Positions 17,477 through 26,881 of a DNA stretch of 64,000 nucleotides are shown piece by piece. How positions within the stretch are numbered: the stretch's first letter is position 1; each line of letters opens with the position of its first letter. The translations under genes were made by a program, and so were the position numbers. Under the pieces are notes generated by a model. It saw only the letters and a program-made list of their open reading frames with translations. It did no database searches and had not been told where the DNA came from. Origin of the DNA: a virus; the IMG/VR virus record IMGVR_UViG_3300047491_001507; one strand, given 5' to 3'.

Positions 17477-17926
17477 ATGTTTTCACGAAGACAATTTTTG
17501 ACAACAACAGCGTTGGGCGTAACATCCTTAGGCACAACATCTTTAGCGTCTACACAAAATTTGGATGATAAGACTTATCTCCGTAATAGAACTGTTTGGC
17601 TTGTTGTGGAGAGTTGCCAGGACATGGTTTTCACTGGGGCAATTGTTGGATATGACATTATAGATAAAATAATTAAAGCTACTACTATGTTTAATTCTGT
17701 CTATAAGCTTATCCGTTATCCTTTTGTTACTGATATTTCAAAGATAAAGTCCGAAAATAGTCAAAATGTATATTATCTTTGGGCTATGCATGATCTTAGT
17801 CTTCGTCCTGCATTAGTGCTGATGGATATGATGTCGGGAGATTTCCAATCAGTACTTGAACATGCTTTAAAAACATATCCAAAACAATTTGTTTTGATCC
17901 GTCGCTCTTGGAAGGAAAGGGAATGA
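17477..17926 (+). CDS. putative Tat-secreted protein (paralog of 30346..30786)
   Basis: MFSRRQFLTTTALGVTSLG is a twin-arginine signal (SRRxFL); C-terminal ALKTYPKQFVLIRRSW is shared with its paralog. Confidence 0.55.
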   Translation: MFSRRQFLTTTALGVTSLGTTSLASTQNLDDKTYLRNRTVWLVVESCQDMVFTGAIVGYDIIDKIIKATTMFNSVYKLIRYPFVTDISKIKSENSQNVYYLWAMHDLSLRPALVLMDMMSGDFQSVLEHALKTYPKQFVLIRRSWKERE

Positions 17927-18360
17927 TCAACAGACCTGTTGTTGGCGTAGCATTAATCGTTCGAAAAAATTATCAGATTTTGCTCCATAAGCGAATAGGA
18001 AAACATGCTCCTGGCACTTGGTCTTGCCCAGGTGGTCATCTGGAAATGTGGGAAGAATTTGCAGAAGCCGCTTTGAGAGAATTGAAAGAAGAAGCTGGTC
18101 CCGTAGAAGTTACGGAACCAGTTTTACTTACTGTGTGTAATACCATGTTTAAGTCCGAAGACAAACATAGTATTACCATCTTTTTGGTATCTGATTGGAT
18201 AAGCGGAGAGCCAAAAGTTACTGAGCCAGATAAATGTGAGGAATGGCTATGGTTTGATTATGACAATCTTCCTGAGCCACTTATGTTGGGCATTCAGAAG
18301 ATTAAGGAGCAGAAATTATTGAAAGTGGTTATGACTAAACCATATGATTTGTTAGTTTAG
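17923..18360 (+). CDS. Nudix hydrolase
   Basis: Nudix box GGHLEMWEEFAEAALRELKEEAG (Gx5Ex7REUxEExGU). Confidence 0.75.
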   Translation: MINRPVVGVALIVRKNYQILLHKRIGKHAPGTWSCPGGHLEMWEEFAEAALRELKEEAGPVEVTEPVLLTVCNTMFKSEDKHSITIFLVSDWISGEPKVTEPDKCEEWLWFDYDNLPEPLMLGIQKIKEQKLLKVVMTKPYDLLV

Positions 18361-18383
18361 TAGATTGGATGTGGAATCAATGA

Positions 18384-18728
18384 GTGGGAACAACCATGAA
18401 CGATAGTTTTCTCAAAGAATTAGACAAATTGTTCGATTTAGTAGAATCAGGAGTGCTGCCTGAATCTGCTATACCTCGTATGTTTTATTTTGGTCATACT
18501 GCACTTCATTCAACTTATAAAAAAGTGAGAAGTTATAAATGCATAAGTTGTATGAATGTTTGGGAGTCAGAAACTTCCGATGTATGCCCAACATGTTTAA
18601 CACATGAAAATGTGTACGACATTACTGGCGATAGCCAAATGTCTTTTTGGGAATGCAAAGCTTGTAAACATCAATTTGAAGCAAAAGATGGGACTGTATG
18701 TCCAAAATGCGGAGATGTTCGTAAGTAG
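18384..18728 (+). CDS. double zinc-ribbon protein
   Basis: CISC...CPTC and CKAC...CPKC. Confidence 0.5.
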   Translation: MGTTMNDSFLKELDKLFDLVESGVLPESAIPRMFYFGHTALHSTYKKVRSYKCISCMNVWESETSDVCPTCLTHENVYDITGDSQMSFWECKACKHQFEAKDGTVCPKCGDVRK

Positions 18729-18773
18729 CTCAGGATCTGGATTAGAATTTCAATCAATTTACAGGAATGACAA

Positions 18774-19037
18774 ATGAAAATCTATGGCTGGCATGAAATG
18801 AACACCATTTCATGGTGCATTGTCTCAAAAGATGTCAAACCGAAAAATATCAATAAGATTGATGAAGAAGGCAGAGTCTTTTTGCTTTATAATAGCGAGG
18901 ATGATGAGACTGATGGCTGTTGGTGGACAACATTTAGCCAAGCTAAACGTGAAGCGATTGCATATTGGCGAGAACAGAAAGACATTGCAATAGAAGCTTT
19001 GAAGTATGTAAAACGTATAAAGAAATCACAAGTCTGA
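18774..19037 (+). CDS. hypothetical protein
   Basis: 87-aa ORF. Confidence 0.5.
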   Translation: MKIYGWHEMNTISWCIVSKDVKPKNINKIDEEGRVFLLYNSEDDETDGCWWTTFSQAKREAIAYWREQKDIAIEALKYVKRIKKSQV

Positions 19038-19041
19038 AGGA

Positions 19042-19260
19042 ATGCCAATTATGAATCCATTATGGCTACTGCTGATAATTCCAGTTGCAGTGATATTTGG
19101 GATTGCTATTGCATCAGGATTTTTTTATATTTTGTTGCTGGTAATTTCCAAAGGTGGTATAATTGCTATGTCGGAAGACACGGAGAATTGTGATTCCAAA
19201 AATTGCAAATGTGAAAAATCTCCGTGGATTAACCCATGGGAAAAAAATTCAGAAAATTGA
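19042..19260 (+). CDS. small membrane protein
   Basis: Two hydrophobic helices, Cys-rich tail. Confidence 0.45.
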   Translation: MPIMNPLWLLLIIPVAVIFGIAIASGFFYILLLVISKGGIIAMSEDTENCDSKNCKCEKSPWINPWEKNSEN

Positions 19261-19270
19261 AAGGTTTAAA

Positions 19271-20344
19271 ATGGTTAAGATGCGTAGTTTGATGTATGTC
19301 TTTTTGATGGCAAGTATGGTCTTTTTGACCGATACTCCACAAATTTTTGCAAAAGGCGGATCGGGCGGTCGATCTTTCTCCTCAGGAGGTAGTCGATCTT
19401 TCTCCTCAGGTCGATCATCGTTTTCTTCAGGAAGTAGTGGTCGATCATTTTCTTCAGGAAGTAGTGGTCGATCATCGTTTTCTTCAGGAAGTAGTGGTCG
19501 ATCATCGTTTTCTTCAGGAAGTAGTGGTCGATCATCGTTTTCTTCAGGAAGTAAGCCATCGGGTAGTAGTGGAAAATCATTTTCTTCAGGAAGTGGAAAA
19601 TCATTTTCTTCAGGTAGTTCAAGCTCGACAAAAAGTTCTGGCAGCAAGACATATTCTTCTAGTTCAGGATCATCTGCCAGCAATAGCAGAAAACCAATTA
19701 GCAGTGGATTTAATAGCTCTATGAGCAATTCTGCAAAACGTGCAGAAAGTCAGAAAATATTTAAAGCAGCGACGACGCCAAAATCCACTTATACCTCCAA
19801 AGGTTCAGACGGTAAAGTTGTTCAACAGACAATTAAACCAGACTCACCTTCGGTTCAAACGGTGCGAAAATACGTTACCCATGAGCGATATGTCACCTAT
19901 GATAACCGTGCTAGCACTTTTTATGGTGGATTTTATGGGTCGCCAGTTTATTATCACGACCCATTTTCGCCATTTTTGATGGGCTGGTTGTTTTCGGATG
20001 CCATTAATACTCACCAGCGGGCATTATGGATGTACAATCATCAGAGTGACATGGATGCAGCAAGATATAAAGAGATGCTTGCCAAGGATGCAAAACTTCA
20101 GGCAGAAATTGATCAGCTAAAAGCCAAAAATACGCCTCAAGATGCAAGCTATGTTCCACCTGAAATGGCTAGTAATCCAGATTTGATGTATAATAAAGAA
20201 TTCGTTAATGCCTCGTACAATCCTGTAGAAGTGCCAAATGATGCCCAAGAAAGAGCCAACATAGCAGGCACAATCATATTCTGGGCAATTATTCTATTTT
20301 TCTTGGGTGGTATGGCTTATCTCTTCTTTATTAAGGAATATTGA
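19271..20344 (+). CDS. secreted/membrane-anchored Ser/Gly-rich tandem-repeat protein
   Basis: Signal peptide; about 9 repeats of SGSSGRSSFSS, encoded by a ~33-bp DNA tandem repeat at 19390-19560; C-terminal TM helix. Confidence 0.6.
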   Translation: MVKMRSLMYVFLMASMVFLTDTPQIFAKGGSGGRSFSSGGSRSFSSGRSSFSSGSSGRSFSSGSSGRSSFSSGSSGRSSFSSGSSGRSSFSSGSKPSGSSGKSFSSGSGKSFSSGSSSSTKSSGSKTYSSSSGSSASNSRKPISSGFNSSMSNSAKRAESQKIFKAATTPKSTYTSKGSDGKVVQQTIKPDSPSVQTVRKYVTHERYVTYDNRASTFYGGFYGSPVYYHDPFSPFLMGWLFSDAINTHQRALWMYNHQSDMDAARYKEMLAKDAKLQAEIDQLKAKNTPQDASYVPPEMASNPDLMYNKEFVNASYNPVEVPNDAQERANIAGTIIFWAIILFFLGGMAYLFFIKEY

Positions 20345-21030
20345 AAATGAAGTTGTATGAAGTTCTTCTGAGGAAGATTGGTTTGTGGAAAGATCCTGCT
20401 GATAAACCAGAGAAACCACAAGAAGATATGATTTATAATCCAATTGGATGTAAAGTCGGGGATGTATTAAAGATAGGTGTTTTGGATCTGAGAGATTGCC
20501 GCTTCACAGTGAGAGAAATTCTGGAATATTCGATTGTCCTTTGTGGCAATAAACATCGGATGGTCGATTATATTTTGGATATAAATCATGCTGACAAGCG
20601 TAAGCTTCGTATTGCTCCCGATCCAGACAGTAAAAGTCAAGCAATTTATGGAGCTTTGTTACTATCATTATATGATGAATTTGTTTATAATGAAGATCTA
20701 CACGCTGTAGTTCAAGATGATACAAAAAAGCTCGTTATTGATGACGAGACCAACCCTGATAATGCTATTCATGAAGAATTTTGGCGAGTAAATGATGTAG
20801 GTTCTTCTTATAAAGCCGATGTTAAAAAACTTGTTGATATTGATGGCGATGGCAAAATAAGCGAAGAAGAGGTAAAAGCATCTTCAGTTGAATTTTGGGA
20901 TTATTCCCGAATGACTAACGTAGAGGGTGTGGAAATTGAAGAGTTTATGATAGTTGAGATGGATGAAACGGGATATTTTACTCTGTGGCGAGGTTCAGAA
21001 GTTAACCCTGAACGGATTAGTGTATTTTAG
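20341..21030 (+). CDS. EF-hand-containing protein
   Basis: DIDGDGKISEEE is a canonical EF-hand Ca-binding loop. Confidence 0.55.
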   Translation: MKMKLYEVLLRKIGLWKDPADKPEKPQEDMIYNPIGCKVGDVLKIGVLDLRDCRFTVREILEYSIVLCGNKHRMVDYILDINHADKRKLRIAPDPDSKSQAIYGALLLSLYDEFVYNEDLHAVVQDDTKKLVIDDETNPDNAIHEEFWRVNDVGSSYKADVKKLVDIDGDGKISEEEVKASSVEFWDYSRMTNVEGVEIEEFMIVEMDETGYFTLWRGSEVNPERISVF

Positions 21031-21054
21031 TTCTTTAACTTGAGAGAGGGAATT

Positions 21055-21804
21055 ATGTTTACGACAATTTTGATTGCTGTGGTTGTGGTGGTTTGTTTGG
21101 CTGCGATTAGTCCTCCTGCTCGTCGTTTTTTCAAGGCAATTGGACTATGGGGTGGGGCACAAGCGGATAAAGGAGCAGAGGCAGTTCTGAATGCTGATCC
21201 TCTTGGCGTCCTAAAAACCCAAATCAAAAATGCTGCTGAAAATGGCAAGCAAGCTAATGCTGTGGTAGTGGCTGCTGCTAAACAGTTGGTTTCTTTGGAA
21301 AATCAAATTGCCGATGACCTAAAGGAACAGCAACGACTTACCACTCGTATTGAATCGGTTTTGGCTAAAGGCGATCCCAATAAGAATGCCGCAAAGTACG
21401 CTGCTGATTTGGCTCGGGTTGAAGAAAATCTGAAAGCCAATGAAGAACAGAAGGCAATCGCTCAACAGCAATATGATGACAATCTGAAGTTGGTTGAACG
21501 ATTTGAACGGGAGATTCAAGAAGCCCGAAAGGATGCGGCTGCTCTTGGGGCTCAATTGCAGCAATCTGAGGCAGAAAAGAATTTGAATCAAATGTCTGCT
21601 GCCCTCAAGGATCGGCTTAATGTTGGCGATTTGGCTGCGGCACGCCAGAGAGTTAAGGACCAAATTAATGAGAATCGAGGAGCCTCCAAGGCATCTCGTG
21701 ATCTAAATCGAGTTGCTCTGGCTGAAGAAGAAGATGAGGAATTGGAGCGATCTGCTGCGGCAGAAGCTGTTCTGGCTAGGTTCCAAAAACCCGTAACAGA
21801 ATAA
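21055..21804 (+). CDS. PspA/IM30/Vipp1-family protein (ESCRT-III-like membrane remodelling) with hydrophobic N-terminus
   Basis: Long coiled-coil with PspA-like segments (...LENQIADDLKEQQRLTTRIE...); GAGGGAA SD; higher-GC codon usage than the surroundings. Confidence 0.65.
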   Translation: MFTTILIAVVVVVCLAAISPPARRFFKAIGLWGGAQADKGAEAVLNADPLGVLKTQIKNAAENGKQANAVVVAAAKQLVSLENQIADDLKEQQRLTTRIESVLAKGDPNKNAAKYAADLARVEENLKANEEQKAIAQQQYDDNLKLVERFEREIQEARKDAAALGAQLQQSEAEKNLNQMSAALKDRLNVGDLAAARQRVKDQINENRGASKASRDLNRVALAEEEDEELERSAAAEAVLARFQKPVTE

Positions 21805-21816
21805 GGTCTTTATAAA

Positions 21817-21856
21817 CCCTACCCCAGAAGTGGGGTAGGGTTTTTTTATTTTTTGG
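21817..21856 (+). terminator. rho-independent terminator
   Basis: CCCTACCCC-agaagt-GGGGTAGGG 9-bp GC stem followed by TTTTTTTATTTTTT. Confidence 0.75.
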
Positions 21857-21863
21857 TGAATAA

Positions 21864-22148
21864 ATGAGATGTTTTGATTTTTGTGCTAATATGATGCTTC
21901 GCTGGAAGAATGGTCAATTAAAATCGAGATTAGCTGTAGTAGAAGCTAAAATTGAAGATTTGCAAGCAGAAAATGTGAAATTGAAAGAACAGGTGCAAAA
22001 ATTGCAGTGGGGGGAGATCACAGGAACTATCGTTGCAACCGCTGGTGATAGAGTTCCCGCAGAAATTGAATACAAAGATTGTAAAGGTAATGTGATTGGG
22101 TATTGGGCGTATGGCTATTTTCATCCAGGCTATCCCTTCCAAGGTTGA
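21864..22148 (+). CDS. hypothetical protein
   Basis: 94-aa ORF with a coiled-coil N-terminus. Confidence 0.45.
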   Translation: MRCFDFCANMMLRWKNGQLKSRLAVVEAKIEDLQAENVKLKEQVQKLQWGEITGTIVATAGDRVPAEIEYKDCKGNVIGYWAYGYFHPGYPFQG

Positions 22149-22159
22149 AAGGCAGATCC

Positions 22160-22474
22160 ATGAATCCAGTCCGTTCAATTCTTTATAATGGCAAAACTGT
22201 TTCTATTAGAGCCATTGAAGACAGCGAGAAATTCATCCAGAGCAGGATTCGGATTTTTGGCAAAAAAGACATTTGTCCATTATGCCGACAACATATTGAT
22301 TCTGGCGATATTACTTTGATAGTCTCCAATCAAGCAAACATTCCCAACAGGATTGCACACAATGCTTGTTTTGCAGATAAGACAGACGAATATGCTTTTC
22401 GTTTAATTGCCGAAGATTATCAGCGATTTCAACAATTTGAGAAGGATTACGAAGGTTGGATGGAGATGCATTGA
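22160..22474 (+). CDS. hypothetical zinc-finger protein
   Basis: ORF 22103.. trimmed to the ATG at 22160; CPLCRQH...HNAC. Confidence 0.45.
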   Translation: MNPVRSILYNGKTVSIRAIEDSEKFIQSRIRIFGKKDICPLCRQHIDSGDITLIVSNQANIPNRIAHNACFADKTDEYAFRLIAEDYQRFQQFEKDYEGWMEMH

Positions 22475-22899
22475 TGATTGTCAAAAAGACTGAGTGGCTT
22501 GAGTTGCGAGTGCGACATAAAAACCTGTATTTTATCAATAAAAAAAATACTCTTTTAATATGTTTCGGTGGCGTTGTAGCTTTTTTTGATCTTCCCAAGG
22601 ATGTTAAGAGAATCAGGTTTATTGTTTACAATAAGCCTACCAAGATTAGTCATGAAATATATCTGGGCAGAACACAGGTGTATTCAGGCGGAAATGATGG
22701 ATATATGATTACTTCTGCCAATTATGCTGTTGAAATAGACAAATATCTGTCTGATAAGACATTGCGACAATTAGGAGGCAAAAATTATCACATTGAATGT
22801 GAGTACGAATGTTATTCTGAGCGGGAATACGAAATTTTTCAGATTTTCTTTTTAAAGCTATTTAACTCGGTTTTTGAACATGATGCTAATTCAATTTGA
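22474..22899 (+). CDS. hypothetical protein, paralog of 23121..23573
   Basis: MIVKKTEWLELRV...FINKK matches MLIKKTDWLELRD..FINKK. Confidence 0.5.
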   Translation: MIVKKTEWLELRVRHKNLYFINKKNTLLICFGGVVAFFDLPKDVKRIRFIVYNKPTKISHEIYLGRTQVYSGGNDGYMITSANYAVEIDKYLSDKTLRQLGGKNYHIECEYECYSEREYEIFQIFFLKLFNSVFEHDANSI

Positions 22900-23131
22900 C
22901 GCAGATCCTCAACAGGTTTTATTGGGAAATTTACAAACAGGAATGCAAATAGTAGCAACTGTTAACGTGGAAAATATTATTGATGGAATTGCAATAAACG
23001 GAAGAGCATTTATGGCTTCTGCTCTTGGCGAGGAATTGTTGAAATTGCTGGCCAATAAAGGAAGCTTGGTCAATACCATTGATCCATCAATACATATTGC
23101 AAATATACGGGCACACAAAAATGTTAATTAA
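22874..23131 (+). CDS. hypothetical protein
   Basis: 85-aa ORF between the two paralogs. Confidence 0.4.
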   Translation: MNMMLIQFDADPQQVLLGNLQTGMQIVATVNVENIIDGIAINGRAFMASALGEELLKLLANKGSLVNTIDPSIHIANIRAHKNVN

Positions 23132-23573
23132 AAAAACTGACTGGCTTGAATTAAGAGATATAAATTTCATCAATAAAAAAGAAAATTTCTGGGTATGTGC
23201 TGACGGTCCCAGGAAAATATTTAGACTTCCAGAAAATACTAGAAAAATTAGATTTTACATCTATGATGAGCCTACTGCAAAAAGCACAAGAATTAAAATT
23301 GTTGAAAATATAAATTTGCGTTATTGGGAAATCGCTATTGGCAATATGCGTATTTCCGCAGATCATCATTTTATGTCCCAAGAAAGATTGCAAGAATTAG
23401 CTAAAAGACAAAGATTCTATTATGCCGAATGCGAATATCAATGTTTCACAAAACATGAATATGAAGTTTGGTTGTTAAAATCTAGAATTAAAGAACTTGA
23501 GGAAAAAAATCAAGATCTGAGAGATCAATGCTATTATTTAAGAGCACATTATGTGTGGAGTAAATCATGCTAA
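23121..23573 (+). CDS. hypothetical protein, paralog of 22474..22899
   Basis: Shared N-terminal motif and ECEY...EYE segment. Confidence 0.5.
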   Translation: MLIKKTDWLELRDINFINKKENFWVCADGPRKIFRLPENTRKIRFYIYDEPTAKSTRIKIVENINLRYWEIAIGNMRISADHHFMSQERLQELAKRQRFYYAECEYQCFTKHEYEVWLLKSRIKELEEKNQDLRDQCYYLRAHYVWSKSC

Positions 23574-24148
23574 AAATTGGCTTTGATATTGGCGGTGTTT
23601 TAAGTAAATATCCCGATACATTTGAACAATTAATCTCATCTTTAAGTGCTTGTAGTATTTTTTGCATTACAGATCAACACCCTAAAGAAGAAGTCATTAA
23701 AACATTACGAGAGAATAAATTTGATCGTTGGTTTGGAGTGAATAATGTTTTCTGTGCCAATTATGAACAGCATGGAAACATGTGCAAGTCTATTTTGATC
23801 AAAGAATTAGGATTGGATATATTCATAGATGATTTTGATGGGTATTTACAATGGGATTCAAGTTTAGGCAGACAGCCAATTTTGTTGAAAGTTATGCCAG
23901 ATGCCTTTTTGCCATATTGGGCGAATAATTGGTTTTGTGAAGGTGGGGAATTTGGCCGAAGAAAATTTGACTCAAAAGAAGATATTTCGGAACAATTACG
24001 AGTACTGTCTGAATCGCTAATGGATTGTGAGTGGAATCACCCCATCACAGCCGTGGAAGATTGTTTGTCAGCGGGAATTGAGCTTAAATTGCTTAGGGAA
24101 GAAAATGTTAAATTAAAAAAAGAACTCGAAAAATTCAGGAAAGGTTGA
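23567..24148 (+). CDS. possible divergent HAD-like hydrolase
   Basis: N-terminal GFDIGGVL (a DxDG-like motif I lacking the second Asp) and DIFIDDF (motif IV-like); weak. Confidence 0.4.
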   Translation: MLKIGFDIGGVLSKYPDTFEQLISSLSACSIFCITDQHPKEEVIKTLRENKFDRWFGVNNVFCANYEQHGNMCKSILIKELGLDIFIDDFDGYLQWDSSLGRQPILLKVMPDAFLPYWANNWFCEGGEFGRRKFDSKEDISEQLRVLSESLMDCEWNHPITAVEDCLSAGIELKLLREENVKLKKELEKFRKG

Positions 24149-24154
24149 ATTTTT

Positions 24155-24355
24155 ATGTTCAAAGTTGAACATTGGGAAGATGAGGATTTTGTCGTAACTG
24201 GAAAATGTGGTATAATCCATGAAGGGGTTTTGTCCAAGTCGAACGCCAAAGCACTGTGCGATTGGCTGAATGAGTTGGTTCCCAAGTTGCAAAACATTCA
24301 ATTTGAAGAAATCAAGTCAATTGTCAAAACCCTCCTTGGAAAAAGAAAGAATTAA
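24155..24355 (+). CDS. hypothetical small protein
   Basis: 66-aa ORF. Confidence 0.45.
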   Translation: MFKVEHWEDEDFVVTGKCGIIHEGVLSKSNAKALCDWLNELVPKLQNIQFEEIKSIVKTLLGKRKN

Positions 24356-24358
24356 ATT

Positions 24359-24955
24359 ATGCATCACTTAGTATCAAAATTGTTCTGGGCTGTGGCTTCA
24401 TGTGATCGTGATCCCTATGAGGCGTTGGACTATTCTCATGATATCACTCTTGAGCCGACGACTGTGGGATCGATTCTGGAAACATTAAATGCTTATGATT
24501 TATCTTTGCATGGACTAATTAAGGTTGATCCTAAAGGCTTGAGCAAAGAAAGCATTGATGCATTGAAGGAAATGGGCTGGGTTCATCCTAGCACAGTTAA
24601 AAGCCGTAATGAACGTAAAGAATTAGAACAGCATTTTTGGCTTTTGGTTGCAAGTGGCAATTATGGTTCTTATCCGACATTTGAAAAGTTAGATTTAGAC
24701 AACATTTCTGATTATCAGATTGAAAAATTAGTAGAACGAAATGGAGATATTGTTCAAAAAGTGTCAGTAAAAAGTGTTTTGCCTGAAAAGGCATACAAGC
24801 GATATTTGGCTGCTAAAAAGAAGAAAGAGGAAAAGGATCTGAAGAAAAAATTGTCTGCGGAGAAAAAGAAAGCTGAGAAAAAAGCCAAGGAAGTAGCTCA
24901 AGCTAAACAGCTTTTAATTGAAGCAGGAGAATTGACACCGGAGGAAGAGTCATGA
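24359..24955 (+). CDS. hypothetical protein with Lys/Glu-rich C-terminus
   Basis: 198-aa ORF; KKKKEEKDLKKKLSAEKKKAEKKAKE tail. Confidence 0.5.
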   Translation: MHHLVSKLFWAVASCDRDPYEALDYSHDITLEPTTVGSILETLNAYDLSLHGLIKVDPKGLSKESIDALKEMGWVHPSTVKSRNERKELEQHFWLLVASGNYGSYPTFEKLDLDNISDYQIEKLVERNGDIVQKVSVKSVLPEKAYKRYLAAKKKKEEKDLKKKLSAEKKKAEKKAKEVAQAKQLLIEAGELTPEEES

Positions 24956-25119
24956 TGATCAGTGATATTATCGTCTTGTTAGTCGAAAGACTCGCTAACG
25001 ATGGTAATCAAGATGTTAAATTTTTGAGATTAGAAGACACAATAAGCGAAAATAATATTCCAAAGCGGGATATTATTTTTGAGTATGAGCCTAAAAAATT
25101 GACACCAAAGGGGAACTGA
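24952..25119 (+). CDS. small protein resembling the N-terminal module of repeat-family protein 46407..47009
   Basis: MMISDIIVLLVERLANDGNQDVKF matches MKISEVIALLVKRLAEDGDQDLGR; ATGA overlap upstream; immediately precedes repeat protein 25121.. Confidence 0.35.
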   Translation: MMISDIIVLLVERLANDGNQDVKFLRLEDTISENNIPKRDIIFEYEPKKLTPKGN

Positions 25120-25120
25120 A

Positions 25121-26881
25121 ATGGAATTTACAAGTGCATCTGAAGCTCTTAAGTATGTGATGAAAAATGGAACAGGCGGTCGTGATGGAACTGACGCACT
25201 CAATGAAATTGCAACAAGTGCAGAATGTTCTTATCTTTGTGCTGCGAATGATTTTAAGGGACGTTTTCCTTTGGGAGAACCAGCAATTGCCACCGATGCA
25301 TATTATGCTTATATGTATGCCAATCATGTAATTAAAGGCAGATTTCCTGAAGCCGAAGCAACAATTGCTAAAAGTCCAATCTACGCTTTTTATTATACCA
25401 GAGATATAATTAAGCGTAGATTCCCTGAATGTGAAAAAGCAATGGTGTCTAATTCGTACTATTTAGGCCAGTATGTTGATTTTTTGGGATTGGATATTGC
25501 AATTGTGGAAAAACCAACAATGACTGCCAAGGATGTAATTAAGGGCAGATTTCGAGAGGAGGTAATTGCACAGGACGCACAATATGCTTATATGTATGCC
25601 AATGAAGTAATTCATGGTCGTTTTGCTGAAGGCGAAGCAGCAATTGCCACCGATGCACAATGTGCTTATATGTATGCCAATGAAGTAATAAAAGGGCGTT
25701 TTGCTGAAGGTGAAGCAGCAATTGCTCAAATTGCCAATTATTCTTATATGTATGCTAAAAATGTAATCAAAGCTCGTTGGCCTGAGGGCGAAAAAGCAAT
25801 TGCACAGCACGGATATCTTTCTTATTTGTATGCCAAGGATGTAATAAAAGGTAGATTTCCTGCTGGAGAACCGGCAATTCTTAAAGGTGATTCAGAATGG
25901 ATAAAAGGATATATAAAAACTTTCAAATTAAATCTTGTTAGTAGTTTTCTAGAAGATGATTGTTCTTTCGAGGAACAGCAGATTGTTGCAGAAAAACCAC
26001 GTTTCACAACTGCTGAAGAAGCTTATAGTTATGCTTTGAGTAAAAACCAGCCATCTCCTGAGTGTGAAGCGGTAATTGCTCAAGATGCCAAATGGTCGCA
26101 TTTGTATGCTTATGATATTATTCATGGACGATTTCCCGCTGGAGAACCAGTAATTGCTCAAAGTGCCAGTTATTCTTACGCATATGCAATAAATGTAATA
26201 AAAGGGCGTTTTGCTGAAGGTGAACCAGCAATTGCTAAAAATACTGATCATGCTTACAAATATGCCAAATATGTAATAAAAGGGCGTTGGCCAGAAGGCG
26301 AACCAGCTATTGCTAAAAATGTATTATGTTCCTTTGAATACGCTAGAGACGTAATTCATGATCGTTTTCCTGCTGGTGAACCAATCATTATGGGAAACCT
26401 CTGGTATTCTAGGGAATATCGAAACGTTTTCAAATTAAAGCTTGGTTTTCTAGAAGACGAACAGCAGATCCCAGCCGAAGCTTTTTCATCTCCTGAAAAA
26501 GCATATAGGCATGCTCGTGAAGTAGCTAAAGTACGTTGTCCGAAATTAGAGCCAATAATCAAAGAAGATGCGGAATGGGCTTACAAATACGCCAATGAAG
26601 TAATAAAAGGGCGTTTTGCTGAAGGCGAAGCAGCAATTGCCAAAAGTCCACTATATGCATGTTATTATGCTTGCGATGTACTCAATGGACCATTTCCAGC
26701 AGGAGAGCAGGCAATTCTTGGAAGTGTGGAATACATCTACAAATATGCCTTGAATGCACTAAAGGGGCGTTGGAGAAAAGCAGAGCCAATGATTGTTAAG
26801 GATCGTTATTTTGCACTAGGCTATGCTCGATTTTTCAATTTGGAAGTTACCACTGGTTTTACAGAGAAAGAATCGAAATGA
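25121..26881 (+). CDS. 33-aa repeat family protein (about 16 repeats)
   Basis: Iterated ...AIAxDAxYAYMYANEVIKGRFAEGE... units. Confidence 0.65.
   Translation: MEFTSASEALKYVMKNGTGGRDGTDALNEIATSAECSYLCAANDFKGRFPLGEPAIATDAYYAYMYANHVIKGRFPEAEATIAKSPIYAFYYTRDIIKRRFPECEKAMVSNSYYLGQYVDFLGLDIAIVEKPTMTAKDVIKGRFREEVIAQDAQYAYMYANEVIHGRFAEGEAAIATDAQCAYMYANEVIKGRFAEGEAAIAQIANYSYMYAKNVIKARWPEGEKAIAQHGYLSYLYAKDVIKGRFPAGEPAILKGDSEWIKGYIKTFKLNLVSSFLEDDCSFEEQQIVAEKPRFTTAEEAYSYALSKNQPSPECEAVIAQDAKWSHLYAYDIIHGRFPAGEPVIAQSASYSYAYAINVIKGRFAEGEPAIAKNTDHAYKYAKYVIKGRWPEGEPAIAKNVLCSFEYARDVIHDRFPAGEPIIMGNLWYSREYRNVFKLKLGFLEDEQQIPAEAFSSPEKAYRHAREVAKVRCPKLEPIIKEDAEWAYKYANEVIKGRFAEGEAAIAKSPLYACYYACDVLNGPFPAGEQAILGSVEYIYKYALNALKGRWRKAEPMIVKDRYFALGYARFFNLEVTTGFTEKESK

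Noticed and set aside
19249-19728. Alternative-frame ORFs (19249..19728 -, 19275..19652 -, 19347..19724 +) inside the Ser-rich repeat gene
   Set aside because: Stop-free frames generated by the ~33-bp DNA tandem repeat. Only the + frame starting at 19271 has a signal peptide, an SD and continuity beyond the repeat.
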